NCBI GenBank assembly: GCA_964619955.1
Contig: CAZUJF010000004.1
Coordinates: 10,595 to 74,594 of the forward strand
Reading direction: 5' to 3'
DNA: 64,000 bases
Source of the DNA: an uncultured Planctomycetales bacterium
GTDB lineage: Bacteria; Planctomycetota; MHYJ01; JACPRB01
Every line of letters starts with the position of its first letter. Position 1 is the first letter of the stretch. Under the pieces are notes generated by a model, which worked only from the letters and a program-made list of their open reading frames with translations, was not told where the DNA came from and ran no database searches. A program made the position numbers and the translations under genes. This document shows, piece by piece, positions 38,696 through 47,095 of the stretch.

Positions 38696-41600
38696 ATGGG
38701 AGAATTGAATCCCGAGGTCTTCCAGGACCTCCAATCCGCGGAGAAACTGCGGCCCCTCTTCGAGGCCGCCGGTCTGCCCCTCCGCACCTGGGAGGCCTAC
38801 GCCTTCGCCTTCAACGAACGCACGCTGCTCCGGCGGGAACTCACCCGCGTCTCCGAGGGCCGCGGCGCCCCCGCCATCCACCCCGAAGTCCTGGAGCGTC
38901 TCCAGGCCCTCCGCAGCGAACTCGACCCCCTCGTCGAAGGGCTCCGCCCCTTCCTCCCCCCGGGACCGCGCAGCGACGCGGAGGCCGAACTCGACGAGAT
39001 GGTCCTCGGCTTCATCGCCATCTCCCCCACCGCCCGCGACATCGCCCAGCAGTGGGTCGCGGACCCTCAACGCTACCGGGCCGAAGCCGCGAAGAAACTC
39101 CAGATCATCGAAACCGTCGTCCAGCGCTACCGGAACGCCCTGCGGACCGAGATCGACCGCGAGATCAGCTCCGGGTTCGTCCCCCCGCCGCAGATCCCGC
39201 GCCTCCCCGCCCCCGGCGTCTTCGAGGCCTCCGCGACCAACGGCGAAGTCACGCTGATCTGGAGCCCGGTCTCCGGCGCCATGCACTTCATCCTCCGCCG
39301 CGCCGTGATGAAGACCGGCCCCTGGAAGGAGATCGCGCGCCCCGCCGAGGACTGCTACAGCGACACGGGCCTTCCCAACGCCACGACGTTCTATTACACC
39401 CTGAGCCCCGTCAGCCCCGCCGGCATCGAAGGCGCCGCCGCCGGTCCCGTCGAGGCCACCCCGCAGGCCCCGCCGCCCGTCCCCGTCGGGCTCGCCGCCC
39501 GTCCCGGCAACGCGAGCGTGGCGCTCCGCTGGATGTCCTCCCCCGGCGCGATCCGCTACCGCCTCCTGCGCGCGACCTCCCCCGCGGGCCCCTTCAGCCC
39601 CGCCGCGATCACGGACGTCCCGGCCCACACGGACCGCGACGTCCAGAACGGCCAGACCTATTTCTACGCGGTCGCCTCCGTGAATCCGGCGGGGGAAAGC
39701 CCCGCCTGCCCCGCCCTGCCCGCCACCCCCGTGGCCCCGCCCCCGGCCCCCGCCGGGGTCCAGGCCCAGCCCGGCAACGCCCGCGTCAGCTGCTCGTGGC
39801 AGCCCGTCCCCGGCGCCCTCCGCTACCGGGTCGTCCGCCGCCCCGCCGCCGCGGAGGCCGGCTGGACCGAACTCGGCACGCCCGCGCAGCCGCCCCTGCT
39901 GGACGTCTCCGTCGCCAACGGCACGACCTACGAATACGCGGTGCACGCGATCAACGCCGGCGGCGAAGGCCCCGCCTCGGCCCCCGTCTCCGCCACCCCC
40001 GTCGGCGCGCCCGAGATCCCGCGCGGCCTCCGGGCCCAGGCCGGCAACGGGGAGATCACGCTGGACTGGACGCCCGTCGCGGGGGCCGTCACCTACGCCG
40101 TGCGGCGCTCCCCACCCTCGGGCGACCGCTGGACGCTCGTCGCCCAGCCGGCGTCGCCGCCGTACACGGACACGGGCCTCCCCCACGGGCAGGCCTGGCT
40201 CTACACCGTCGCGGCGCAGAACGCCGGCGGCGAAAGCCCCCCCGGCGCCCCGCTGCCCGCCGCGCCCTGCGCGCCGCCCCCCGCGCCGATGAACCTCGAG
40301 ACCCACGCGGCCAACGGACGCGTGACGCTCACGTGGCGCCCGGTGCCCGGCGCCGACCGCTATCTGCTCAAGCGCGCCGCCGCCCCGGGAGGGCCCTTCG
40401 ACCTCGTCGCCGCGATCCCCGGCCTGAGCCATCTCGACGGCGGCCTGCCGAACCACGCCACCGTCTACTACACGCTCTCCGCCGCGAACGCGGGGGGCGA
40501 GAGCACCCCCTCGGCCCCCGTGGCCGCCACCCCCGTCGAACCGCCGGCCGCCCCGGCCGACGTGACGGCGACGGCGGAGAACGCCCGCATCCGGCTCGCC
40601 TGGTCCGCCGTGCCGGGCGCGCAGCGCTATCGCGTGATGCGCTCGACGACGCCCGGCGGCCCCTACACGGCCGTCGCCAGCCCCTCCGAGCCCGCGCACG
40701 TCGACGCCGACGTGAGCAACGGCCTCTGCTACTACTATGTCATCCGCGCCCTCAACGTCGGCGGCAAGGGCCCGCATTCGGCCCAGGTCGAGGCCCGGCC
40801 CGTCGCCGCGCCCCCCGCCCCCGAAAGCCTGCTCGCCCACGCCGGCAACGGACAGGTCGCGCTGAGCTGGAATCCCGTGCCCGGCGCGACCCATTACGCG
40901 CTGCGCCGCTGGCCCGAGGACCGCATCGTCGCCACGCCCGCCGCGCCGTCCTGCCTCGACACCGGCGTGAGCAACGGCACGACGTACCGCTACGCCGTCC
41001 TCGCGCTCAACGCCGGCGGCGAAGGCCCCGCCTCCGCCCCCGTGGAGGCCACCCCGCTGGCCCCGCCCGCCGCCCCGACGGGGCTCGGCGCGCTCGCCAC
41101 GAACGCCCGCGTCGCCCTGTCCTGGACGCCCTCGCCGCGCGCCGCCGCCTACCTCGTCCGGCGCGCCGCCGGTCCCGAGGGCCTCTTCGAGACGATCGGA
41201 AGCACCGAGGCCCCCTCGTTCATCGATCTGTCCGCCAGCAACGGGACGCTCTACAGCTACCGCATCATCGCCGTCAACGCCGGGGGCGAGGGGGAGGCGA
41301 CGGCGCCCGTCGGCGCCCGGCCCCAGGCCCCGCCTCCCGCGCCGACGGGCCTCGTCGTGTCCCCCGGCAACGGGCAGGTCGGCCTCTCGTGGATACCGTC
41401 CCCGCGCGCCGCCACCTACCGGGTGCTCCGGCGGACGGGCGACGGGCCCGCGGCGGCCGTCGCCTCGCCGGTGGAGCCGCGGCATCTCGACGTCGGGCTC
41501 GAGAACGGACGCGCCTACCGCTACGTCATCCACGCGCTCAACACCGGGGGCGAAAGCGACGCGTCCGCGGAGGCGGAGGCCCTGCCGCTGGGGCCGCCGG

Positions 41601-44020
41601 GGCCGGTGGGCACCCTCGAAGCCGGCGCGGGCAACGGGCAGGTCTCGCTCGTCTGGCTCCCGGTCGAAGGGGCCGGGCTCTACGTGGTGCGGCGCGCCGT
41701 GGCGGCGGAGGGCCCCTTCGCGACGGTCGCCACGCTGACGCAGTGCGCCCACGTCGACGGCGGCCTCTCCAACGGGACGACGTACTACTACAGCGTCGCG
41801 GCGCAAAGCATCGGAGGCGAGGGTCCTTCCGCGCCCCCGACGGCCGTGGTTCCGATCGCCCCGCCCGCCGCCCCCACGGGCCTCAGCGCGTCCCCGGGCA
41901 ACGGGCAGGTCACGCTCACGTGGGCTCCCGCGGCGCGCGCCGCCGGATACCTGGTGAAACGCGCGCCGCATCCGGGCGGCGCCTTCGCCCCCGCGGCCTC
42001 GACCGTGGACCCCCTTCTCGTGGACGCGTCCCTGCAGAACGGGACGGCCTACCGCTACGTCGTCAGCGCCGTGAACCGGGGGGGCGAAAGTCCTCCGTCG
42101 GCGGAGGCGACCTGCACCCCGATCGCGCCGCCGGCGGCGCCCGCCGCGCCGACCGTGGCGGCGGGCAGCGGCGAGGTCCTGCTCCAGTGGGACCCGGTGC
42201 CCGGCGCGGATTACTACCGTCTCAAACGCGCCGTCGAGCGCAAGGGGCCCTACGCCACCATCGGCAACGTCTCGCGCCCGCGGCATCTCGATGCGGGGCT
42301 GCAGGACGGCACGACGTACTACTATGTCGTGTCCGCCGTCAACGGCGGCGGGCGCAGCGGGCACAGTCCGCGGGTCGCCGCCACGCCGCAGGCGCCGCCG
42401 CCCGCGCCGCGGGATCTGATGGCCGTGCCCGGCAGCGCGCGCGTCACGCTCAAATGGAGCGCCGTCGAGGGCGCGACCTCGTACAGCCTCAAACGCGCGG
42501 CCCGGCCCGGCGGCCCCTACCAGACGATCCTGCGCACGCCGCAGACCTCGGCGGTCGACACGCGCGTCGAGAACGGCGCCACGTATTTCTACGTCGTGCG
42601 CGCCGGCGTGAACGCGGTCAAGGGGCCGTTCTCCCCCGAGGTCTCGGCGACGCCCCTGGCCCTGCCGGCGGTGCCGTCGGGCCTGCAGGCGGTCCCCGGT
42701 CCCGGCTCCATCCGCCTCACGTGGATCCCCGTCCCGGGCGCCTCGGCCTACGTCGTCCGCCGTTCGAGCGGGGGCGGGGACTTCGAGGTCGCCGCCCATC
42801 CGGACGGTCCCGCCTGGGAGGACCTCGGGCTGCTGGACGGCGTCGCCCACGCCTACACCGTGGCCGCGGAGAATTCCGGCGGCGAAAGCGGGCCTTCGGA
42901 GCCGGCGACGTCGGCCGCGGTGGCCGCCCCGGCGGTGCCGACGGGCCTGAGGGCGGTGCCCTCGAACGGCGAGGTCACGCTCGGGTGGTCGCCGGTGCCG
43001 GGCGCGTCCCGCTACCGCGTGAAGCGGGCGTCCCTCCCGGCGGGGCCCTTCGCGACGCTGGCCGAGCCCCCGAGCCCGCTCTACACGGACACGAAGCTCG
43101 CCAACGGCGTGACGCTCTATTACGCGGTCAGCGCGATCAACGCGCACGGTGAGAGCCCGGACAGCTACCCGGCCTCCACGACGCCCGTGGGTCCGCCGCC
43201 GGTCCCCGAGAACCTGAGCGCGATCCCCGGCCCGTCGAAGATCGTCCTGGGCTGGAGTCCGGCCCCCTTCGCCGTGCGCTACCGCATCATGCGCGCGGAC
43301 GGCCCGGGCGGCCCGTACACGCTCGTGGGCAGCCCGCGGGACCCCGCGTACACCGACTGCCCGCTGGAGAACGGCCGGCCCCGGCACTACGTCGTGAGCG
43401 CGGTCAACGCCGGCGGCGAAAGCGCCAATTCGGCGGAGGTCTCGGCCGTCCCCCAGGGCGCGCCGATGCCGGAGTCCGCCGGCACGAAGACCGACGAGGT
43501 GCCCACCCTCGAATCCATCGCCATGCCCCGGGGCGAGCAGATGCAGGGGATCGACTACGAGCGCCTGCTGGACCTGCGGCGCGTGGAGCAGCTGCGCTCG
43601 CTCTTCGAGGACACCGCGCAGAAGTTCGAGGAGTGGGAGGTGCTCGCGCTCATCGCCGAGGACGGGACGGAGGCGCGGCGCTCGCTCGAGAGCCTGCTCC
43701 GCCTGAAGCGGCAGAAGCAGGCGCCGGCGTTCACGACGGGGGCCGTCGCGCTCTTCGAGAAGGTCCTCCGCGTACGGGCCCAGCACGGCGCCTTCGCGCG
43801 CAGGCTGCGGGTCTTCCTGGCGGGCCTGGACATCGCCCCGCCGGGCCCCGACACGCTGGAGATCGCGCTCGGCTTCCTCCTGCAGGCCCCGAAGGGGCGC
43901 CAGCGCATGGCCCAGTGGCTTGAGAACCCGGAGGCCTCGCGGGCCCAGGCCTCGGGCTACATGCGCATGACCTACGAAATCGCCGAGCGCTACCGCATGG
44001 CGCTCGCATCGACCGCGTGA
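38696..44020 (+). CDS. giant protein with 16 tandem fibronectin type III-like repeats (~88 aa each); no signal peptide
   Basis: Repeating unit P.AP.GL.A..GN..V.L.W..VPGA..Y.V.R...P.GP....A......TD....NG..YYY.V.A.N..GES..S..V.ATP. The out-of-frame ORFs 38680..43152 (+) and 38636..43786 (-) are R/G-rich artefacts. Confidence 0.8.
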   Translation: MGELNPEVFQDLQSAEKLRPLFEAAGLPLRTWEAYAFAFNERTLLRRELTRVSEGRGAPAIHPEVLERLQALRSELDPLVEGLRPFLPPGPRSDAEAELDEMVLGFIAISPTARDIAQQWVADPQRYRAEAAKKLQIIETVVQRYRNALRTEIDREISSGFVPPPQIPRLPAPGVFEASATNGEVTLIWSPVSGAMHFILRRAVMKTGPWKEIARPAEDCYSDTGLPNATTFYYTLSPVSPAGIEGAAAGPVEATPQAPPPVPVGLAARPGNASVALRWMSSPGAIRYRLLRATSPAGPFSPAAITDVPAHTDRDVQNGQTYFYAVASVNPAGESPACPALPATPVAPPPAPAGVQAQPGNARVSCSWQPVPGALRYRVVRRPAAAEAGWTELGTPAQPPLLDVSVANGTTYEYAVHAINAGGEGPASAPVSATPVGAPEIPRGLRAQAGNGEITLDWTPVAGAVTYAVRRSPPSGDRWTLVAQPASPPYTDTGLPHGQAWLYTVAAQNAGGESPPGAPLPAAPCAPPPAPMNLETHAANGRVTLTWRPVPGADRYLLKRAAAPGGPFDLVAAIPGLSHLDGGLPNHATVYYTLSAANAGGESTPSAPVAATPVEPPAAPADVTATAENARIRLAWSAVPGAQRYRVMRSTTPGGPYTAVASPSEPAHVDADVSNGLCYYYVIRALNVGGKGPHSAQVEARPVAAPPAPESLLAHAGNGQVALSWNPVPGATHYALRRWPEDRIVATPAAPSCLDTGVSNGTTYRYAVLALNAGGEGPASAPVEATPLAPPAAPTGLGALATNARVALSWTPSPRAAAYLVRRAAGPEGLFETIGSTEAPSFIDLSASNGTLYSYRIIAVNAGGEGEATAPVGARPQAPPPAPTGLVVSPGNGQVGLSWIPSPRAATYRVLRRTGDGPAAAVASPVEPRHLDVGLENGRAYRYVIHALNTGGESDASAEAEALPLGPPGPVGTLEAGAGNGQVSLVWLPVEGAGLYVVRRAVAAEGPFATVATLTQCAHVDGGLSNGTTYYYSVAAQSIGGEGPSAPPTAVVPIAPPAAPTGLSASPGNGQVTLTWAPAARAAGYLVKRAPHPGGAFAPAASTVDPLLVDASLQNGTAYRYVVSAVNRGGESPPSAEATCTPIAPPAAPAAPTVAAGSGEVLLQWDPVPGADYYRLKRAVERKGPYATIGNVSRPRHLDAGLQDGTTYYYVVSAVNGGGRSGHSPRVAATPQAPPPAPRDLMAVPGSARVTLKWSAVEGATSYSLKRAARPGGPYQTILRTPQTSAVDTRVENGATYFYVVRAGVNAVKGPFSPEVSATPLALPAVPSGLQAVPGPGSIRLTWIPVPGASAYVVRRSSGGGDFEVAAHPDGPAWEDLGLLDGVAHAYTVAAENSGGESGPSEPATSAAVAAPAVPTGLRAVPSNGEVTLGWSPVPGASRYRVKRASLPAGPFATLAEPPSPLYTDTKLANGVTLYYAVSAINAHGESPDSYPASTTPVGPPPVPENLSAIPGPSKIVLGWSPAPFAVRYRIMRADGPGGPYTLVGSPRDPAYTDCPLENGRPRHYVVSAVNAGGESANSAEVSAVPQGAPMPESAGTKTDEVPTLESIAMPRGEQMQGIDYERLLDLRRVEQLRSLFEDTAQKFEEWEVLALIAEDGTEARRSLESLLRLKRQKQAPAFTTGAVALFEKVLRVRAQHGAFARRLRVFLAGLDIAPPGPDTLEIALGFLLQAPKGRQRMAQWLENPEASRAQASGYMRMTYEIAERYRMALASTA
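39200..43450 (+). repeat. about 264-bp periodic tandem repeat at the DNA level (16 diverged units), internal to the FN3 giant gene
   Basis: Protein-level periodicity is visible. Units have diverged and are not identical copies. Confidence 0.6.
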
Positions 44021-44101
44021 TCCGCGCGCAAATCAGATTGATTGCACGCCCCGGGCCGGGCCGCTAGACTCAGCAGGGTTCGTTCGTGATAGAGGTGGGT
44101 C

Positions 44102-45655
44102 ATGATCCTCGAGTGCGCCTGCGGAAAAATGTACCGCGTCAAGGACGACGCGACGAACCTGCCCACCCGCTGCCCCGCCTGCGGGGGCTCGCTGCGCCGC
44201 ACGGGCGGGGCCCCGCCCGCGGGCGACGCCGGCCGGGCCCGGGAGCTCGAGGCGCGCGTGAAGGAGCTCGAACGCCAGCTTGAGGCCTCCCGCCCCTCCG
44301 GCGGCGTCCAGCTTTCCGTCGAATCCATCGCGGCGCCCTCGCTGTCCAACCCCATCGCCGAACTGCGCGCCGCCGCCGCGAAGGCCGACCGCTTCGAGCG
44401 CGAGCTCGTGGAGCTGCGCGGCCGCCTCGAGAAGGCGCTCAGCGAGAAGGAGCACGAGCTCGCCGCGGCCGTCGACGGCCTCTCCCGTTCGGAGGCGGAA
44501 CGCCGCAAGCTCGAAACCCGCGCGGCCGCGCTGGAGGAGGGGCACACCCGCGCCCTCGAAGGCAAGGACAAGACCATCCAGGCCCTGGACGCCTCGATCG
44601 GCTCCTACCGCGCGAAGGTCGACGAGCTGCAGAAGCGCGTCGACGCGCTGGAGGCCCAGCGCCTCAACGACCTCTCCCACTTCGACGCCTCGCTGCGCCA
44701 GCGGGAGCAGTCCGACCGGAACCAGCTCGACAAGACCACGCAGAGCCACCAGAAGTCGCTCACGGACCTCCGCGCCGAGCTGGAATCCCGCATCATCGAA
44801 AAGGACCGCCAGATCACGGACAGCCGCCAGGCGCTGGACCGCGAGGCCGGCGAGCGGCGCCGCCTCCAGGAGACGCTCAACCGCCTGCAGGGCAGCGCCG
44901 ACCGCACGGTCGCGGAGAAGGACGCGAGCATCGCCGCCCTGAACGCGACGCTCGACTCCTACAAGTCGAAGCTGGAGACCGTGCAGAAGCGCCTCGAGAG
45001 CCTCGAGGAATTGCGCCGGTCGGAGCAGGACGCGACGGCCCGCCGCGTCCGCGACGGGCAGGCCCTGCGCGCCCGCCTCGAGGAGGCGGAACACCTGGCG
45101 GGCGACCTGGATCACGGCGCCGACGCCATCGAGGCGGCGCTGGCCACCCTGCGCGACCGTTCGCGGAGGATGAAGGCCACGCTGCACGAGTCCGTCTCTG
45201 GAACGGGCGAGAGCCCCCTGCGCGGCGAAATGCCCGCGCTTCCGGCGCCGCCGCCCGAGGAGTTCAACGCGATGAGCGACCTGCCGGCCCCCGCCCCCGA
45301 GCCCGCGCCCGCCGCGCCCTCGACCCGGCGCTGGAAGAAGACCCCGCCGGAACTGATCGCGCCCGTGCCCGAGGAGGGCCGCGTCGAGGAACCGTCGGGC
45401 GTCTTCCAGGTCGTCCGAGATGCCGCGCCCGCCCCCGAGCCGGAGCCGGAGCCGCGGATCGAAATTCCCCTGATCGAAGAGACCGCGCCGCCGCCCGTCG
45501 AACCCGCCCCGGCGATCCTGGAAACGCCGCCCGCCCCTTCGGAGGATCTGCCGCTCATCTCCCCGCCGGAGGAAGAGGCGGGGACGAAGGCCGCTGCGCC
45601 GCCGGCGAAGCAGGGGGACACGGCCCGGCGCCGCTTTTCCTGGCAAAAGAAATAA
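44102..45655 (+). CDS. coiled-coil protein with an N-terminal zinc ribbon and a Pro/Glu-rich C-terminus
   Basis: RBS AGAGGTGGG, then ATG. N-terminus CACGKMYRV...CPACGG. About 300 aa of heptad-rich, E/R/L/A-rich sequence (SMC-like coiled coil). The tail is rich in P/E/A. Confidence 0.65.
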   Translation: MILECACGKMYRVKDDATNLPTRCPACGGSLRRTGGAPPAGDAGRARELEARVKELERQLEASRPSGGVQLSVESIAAPSLSNPIAELRAAAAKADRFERELVELRGRLEKALSEKEHELAAAVDGLSRSEAERRKLETRAAALEEGHTRALEGKDKTIQALDASIGSYRAKVDELQKRVDALEAQRLNDLSHFDASLRQREQSDRNQLDKTTQSHQKSLTDLRAELESRIIEKDRQITDSRQALDREAGERRRLQETLNRLQGSADRTVAEKDASIAALNATLDSYKSKLETVQKRLESLEELRRSEQDATARRVRDGQALRARLEEAEHLAGDLDHGADAIEAALATLRDRSRRMKATLHESVSGTGESPLRGEMPALPAPPPEEFNAMSDLPAPAPEPAPAAPSTRRWKKTPPELIAPVPEEGRVEEPSGVFQVVRDAAPAPEPEPEPRIEIPLIEETAPPPVEPAPAILETPPAPSEDLPLISPPEEEAGTKAAAPPAKQGDTARRRFSWQKK

Positions 45656-45689
45656 TTCGGGCAGCGCCCCCGGGGGGCGCCCGATTCCG

Positions 45690-45695
45690 TATAAT
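45690..45695 (+). promoter_or_regulatory. TATAAT -10-like box (CGTATAAT, the same octamer as upstream of tRNA-Ser), 30 nt upstream of the 45725 start
   Basis: Preceded by the GC-rich hairpin GCGCCCCCGGGGGGCGC (45664-45680), possibly a terminator without a U-tract for the upstream gene. Confidence 0.3.
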
Positions 45696-45724
45696 CGCCG
45701 GATCTGAAACGGAGAAACAACACC

Positions 45725-46063
45725 ATGGCGGCCTCGACTCCAAAAGGCTGGGAAAAGGAATCCGACAAGCTCTACATCCACGAATCCGGCGTGCGCATCC
45801 AGCGCATGGTCTATCGCAGCAAGGACGGCTGGTATCTGGTGCCGGTGGATCTCGACCAGGTCTGCTCCGAATTCGAGCCGACCAACGAAGGCCGGGACCA
45901 GGCCTTCGAAGCCTTCGACAAGGGCGTCCTCGCCCAGAAGCCCAAGCGGGTGAAGGCCGCCCCGAAGAAGGCCGCCAAGCCCGCCCCGGCCGAGGATGCC
46001 GAGGAGAAGGACGAGGACGACGAGGACGAAAAGCCGGAATCGGACGAAGGCGACGACGATTAA
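45725..46063 (+). CDS. small hypothetical protein with a highly acidic C-terminal tail
   Basis: RBS ACGGAG. 112 aa. Lys/Ala-rich, then DEDDEDEKPESDEGDDD. Confidence 0.5.
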   Translation: MAASTPKGWEKESDKLYIHESGVRIQRMVYRSKDGWYLVPVDLDQVCSEFEPTNEGRDQAFEAFDKGVLAQKPKRVKAAPKKAAKPAPAEDAEEKDEDDEDEKPESDEGDDD

Positions 46064-46290
46064 GATTCCGTTTGCGTTCTTCAAGAGCTTGGGATAGACT
46101 CTCGCTGGATTTAAGAGCATTGAACACGGTGGATTTAACCGCTCCCGGGGACACGACCGCGCAGCCCTCCCACTCCAGGGCCTCAGTCCATTCCCCTTTC
46201 GAGCTCGCCGGCCTGCTTCCGCATTCGCGGCCGCCGGCGTTTCCCTCTTGGCGTTTGTTTTGGTGGTAGGGTTCTTTCGAGGCTGAGGTC

Positions 46291-46611
46291 ATGTACAGCG
46301 ACAAGCAGTTGACGTGTGTGGATTGCGGAGCGGCCTTCGCGTTCACGGCTGGCGAACAGGAGAAGTATGCGCAGCTCGGGTTCCAGAACGAACCCAAGCG
46401 GTGCGGCCCGTGCCGTTCCGCCCGCAAGGCTTCCGGTGGCGGGGGCGGCGGCGGCGGTTTCGGGGGCGGTCGGGGCGGCGGTGGCGGCGGACCCCGGGAG
46501 TTTTTCGAGGCGACCTGCGGGTCGTGCGGAAAACCGGCCCGCGTCCCCTTCAAGCCGCGCGGCGATCGTCCGGTCTACTGCAGCGATTGTTTCGGGCAGC
46601 AGAAGAGATAG
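46291..46611 (+). CDS. duplicated zinc-ribbon (CxxC...CxxC x2) protein with a poly-Gly linker
   Basis: Two copies of a C-x2-C-x17-19-C-x2-C module (CVDCGAAF...CGPCRSA and CGSCGKPA...CSDCFGQ), separated by GGGGGGGGFGGGRGGGGGG. Resembles the PF13451-type probable zinc-ribbon domain. Confidence 0.6.
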   Translation: MYSDKQLTCVDCGAAFAFTAGEQEKYAQLGFQNEPKRCGPCRSARKASGGGGGGGGFGGGRGGGGGGPREFFEATCGSCGKPARVPFKPRGDRPVYCSDCFGQQKR

Positions 46612-46625
46612 GAGAGGAGACATCG

Positions 46626-46889
46626 ATGGCAGCGAAGAAGGCGAACAGCGCGTTCATGGCGCCCCTCCAGCCCAGCGAGGCGCTGGCGAAGGTGGTCGGA
46701 TCCAAGCCCCTCCCCCGGAGCGAGGTGGCTAAGAAGCTGTGGGTCTACATCAAGAAGAACGGCCTCCAGGACAAGGTCAACAAGCGGAACATCAATGCCG
46801 ACGAAGCCCTGAAGGTTGTCTTCGGCGGCAAGAAGACGGTGTCGATGTTCGAGATGACCGCCCTGGTCAGCAAGCATCTCAAGAAGTAG
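46626..46889 (+). CDS. SWIB/MDM2 domain protein
   Basis: RBS GGAGAGGAGA 5 nt upstream of ATG 46626. The sequence PLPRSEVAKKLWVYIKKNGLQDKVNKRNINADEALKVVFGGKKTVSMFEMTALVSKHL matches the SWIB domain consensus. Confidence 0.75.
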   Translation: MAAKKANSAFMAPLQPSEALAKVVGSKPLPRSEVAKKLWVYIKKNGLQDKVNKRNINADEALKVVFGGKKTVSMFEMTALVSKHLKK

Positions 46890-46910
46890 ACGTCGTCCGC
46901 GACTTTTCAG

Positions 46911-46948
46911 GACGCCCGGGGGACCCGTCCCCCGGGCGTCTTTTTTTT
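46911..46948 (+). terminator. rho-independent terminator: GACGCCCGGGGGAC-ccg-TCCCCCGGGCGTC followed by T8
   Basis: A perfect 13-bp GC-rich stem with a 4-nt loop, followed immediately by TTTTTTTT. Lies 22 nt after the SWIB gene's stop. Confidence 0.9.
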
Positions 46949-47095
46949 ATCCCGAATCCCCGACACCGAATCCCTCCCGGGAACCGTATATCAAATGGGT
47001 TTGCAGGAGCGGGACGGTACCGGGCGGCGCGGACGTGAAATTGCGTTGCCCCCGAGGTCGGGATGGGTTAGATTTTTCAGACCCCGAGGATCAGC

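Noticed and set aside
38636-43786. 1716-aa minus and 1490-aa plus ORFs over the FN3 giant
   Set aside because: Frame +2 (38696..44020) carries the 16 coherent FN3 repeats. The other frames yield R/G/P-rich strings.
46435-46495. GGC/GGT-rich microsatellite-like stretch
   Set aside because: It is the coding sequence for the poly-Gly linker of the zinc-ribbon protein, not an intergenic SSR or a CRISPR-like array. No CRISPR repeat-spacer arrays were seen anywhere in the window.
46965-46990. Similarity of CGAATCCCT to the 3' end of tRNA-Ser as a possible att site
   Set aside because: Only a 9-10 nt match in a GC-rich genome, with no integrase nearby, which is insufficient for an att call.
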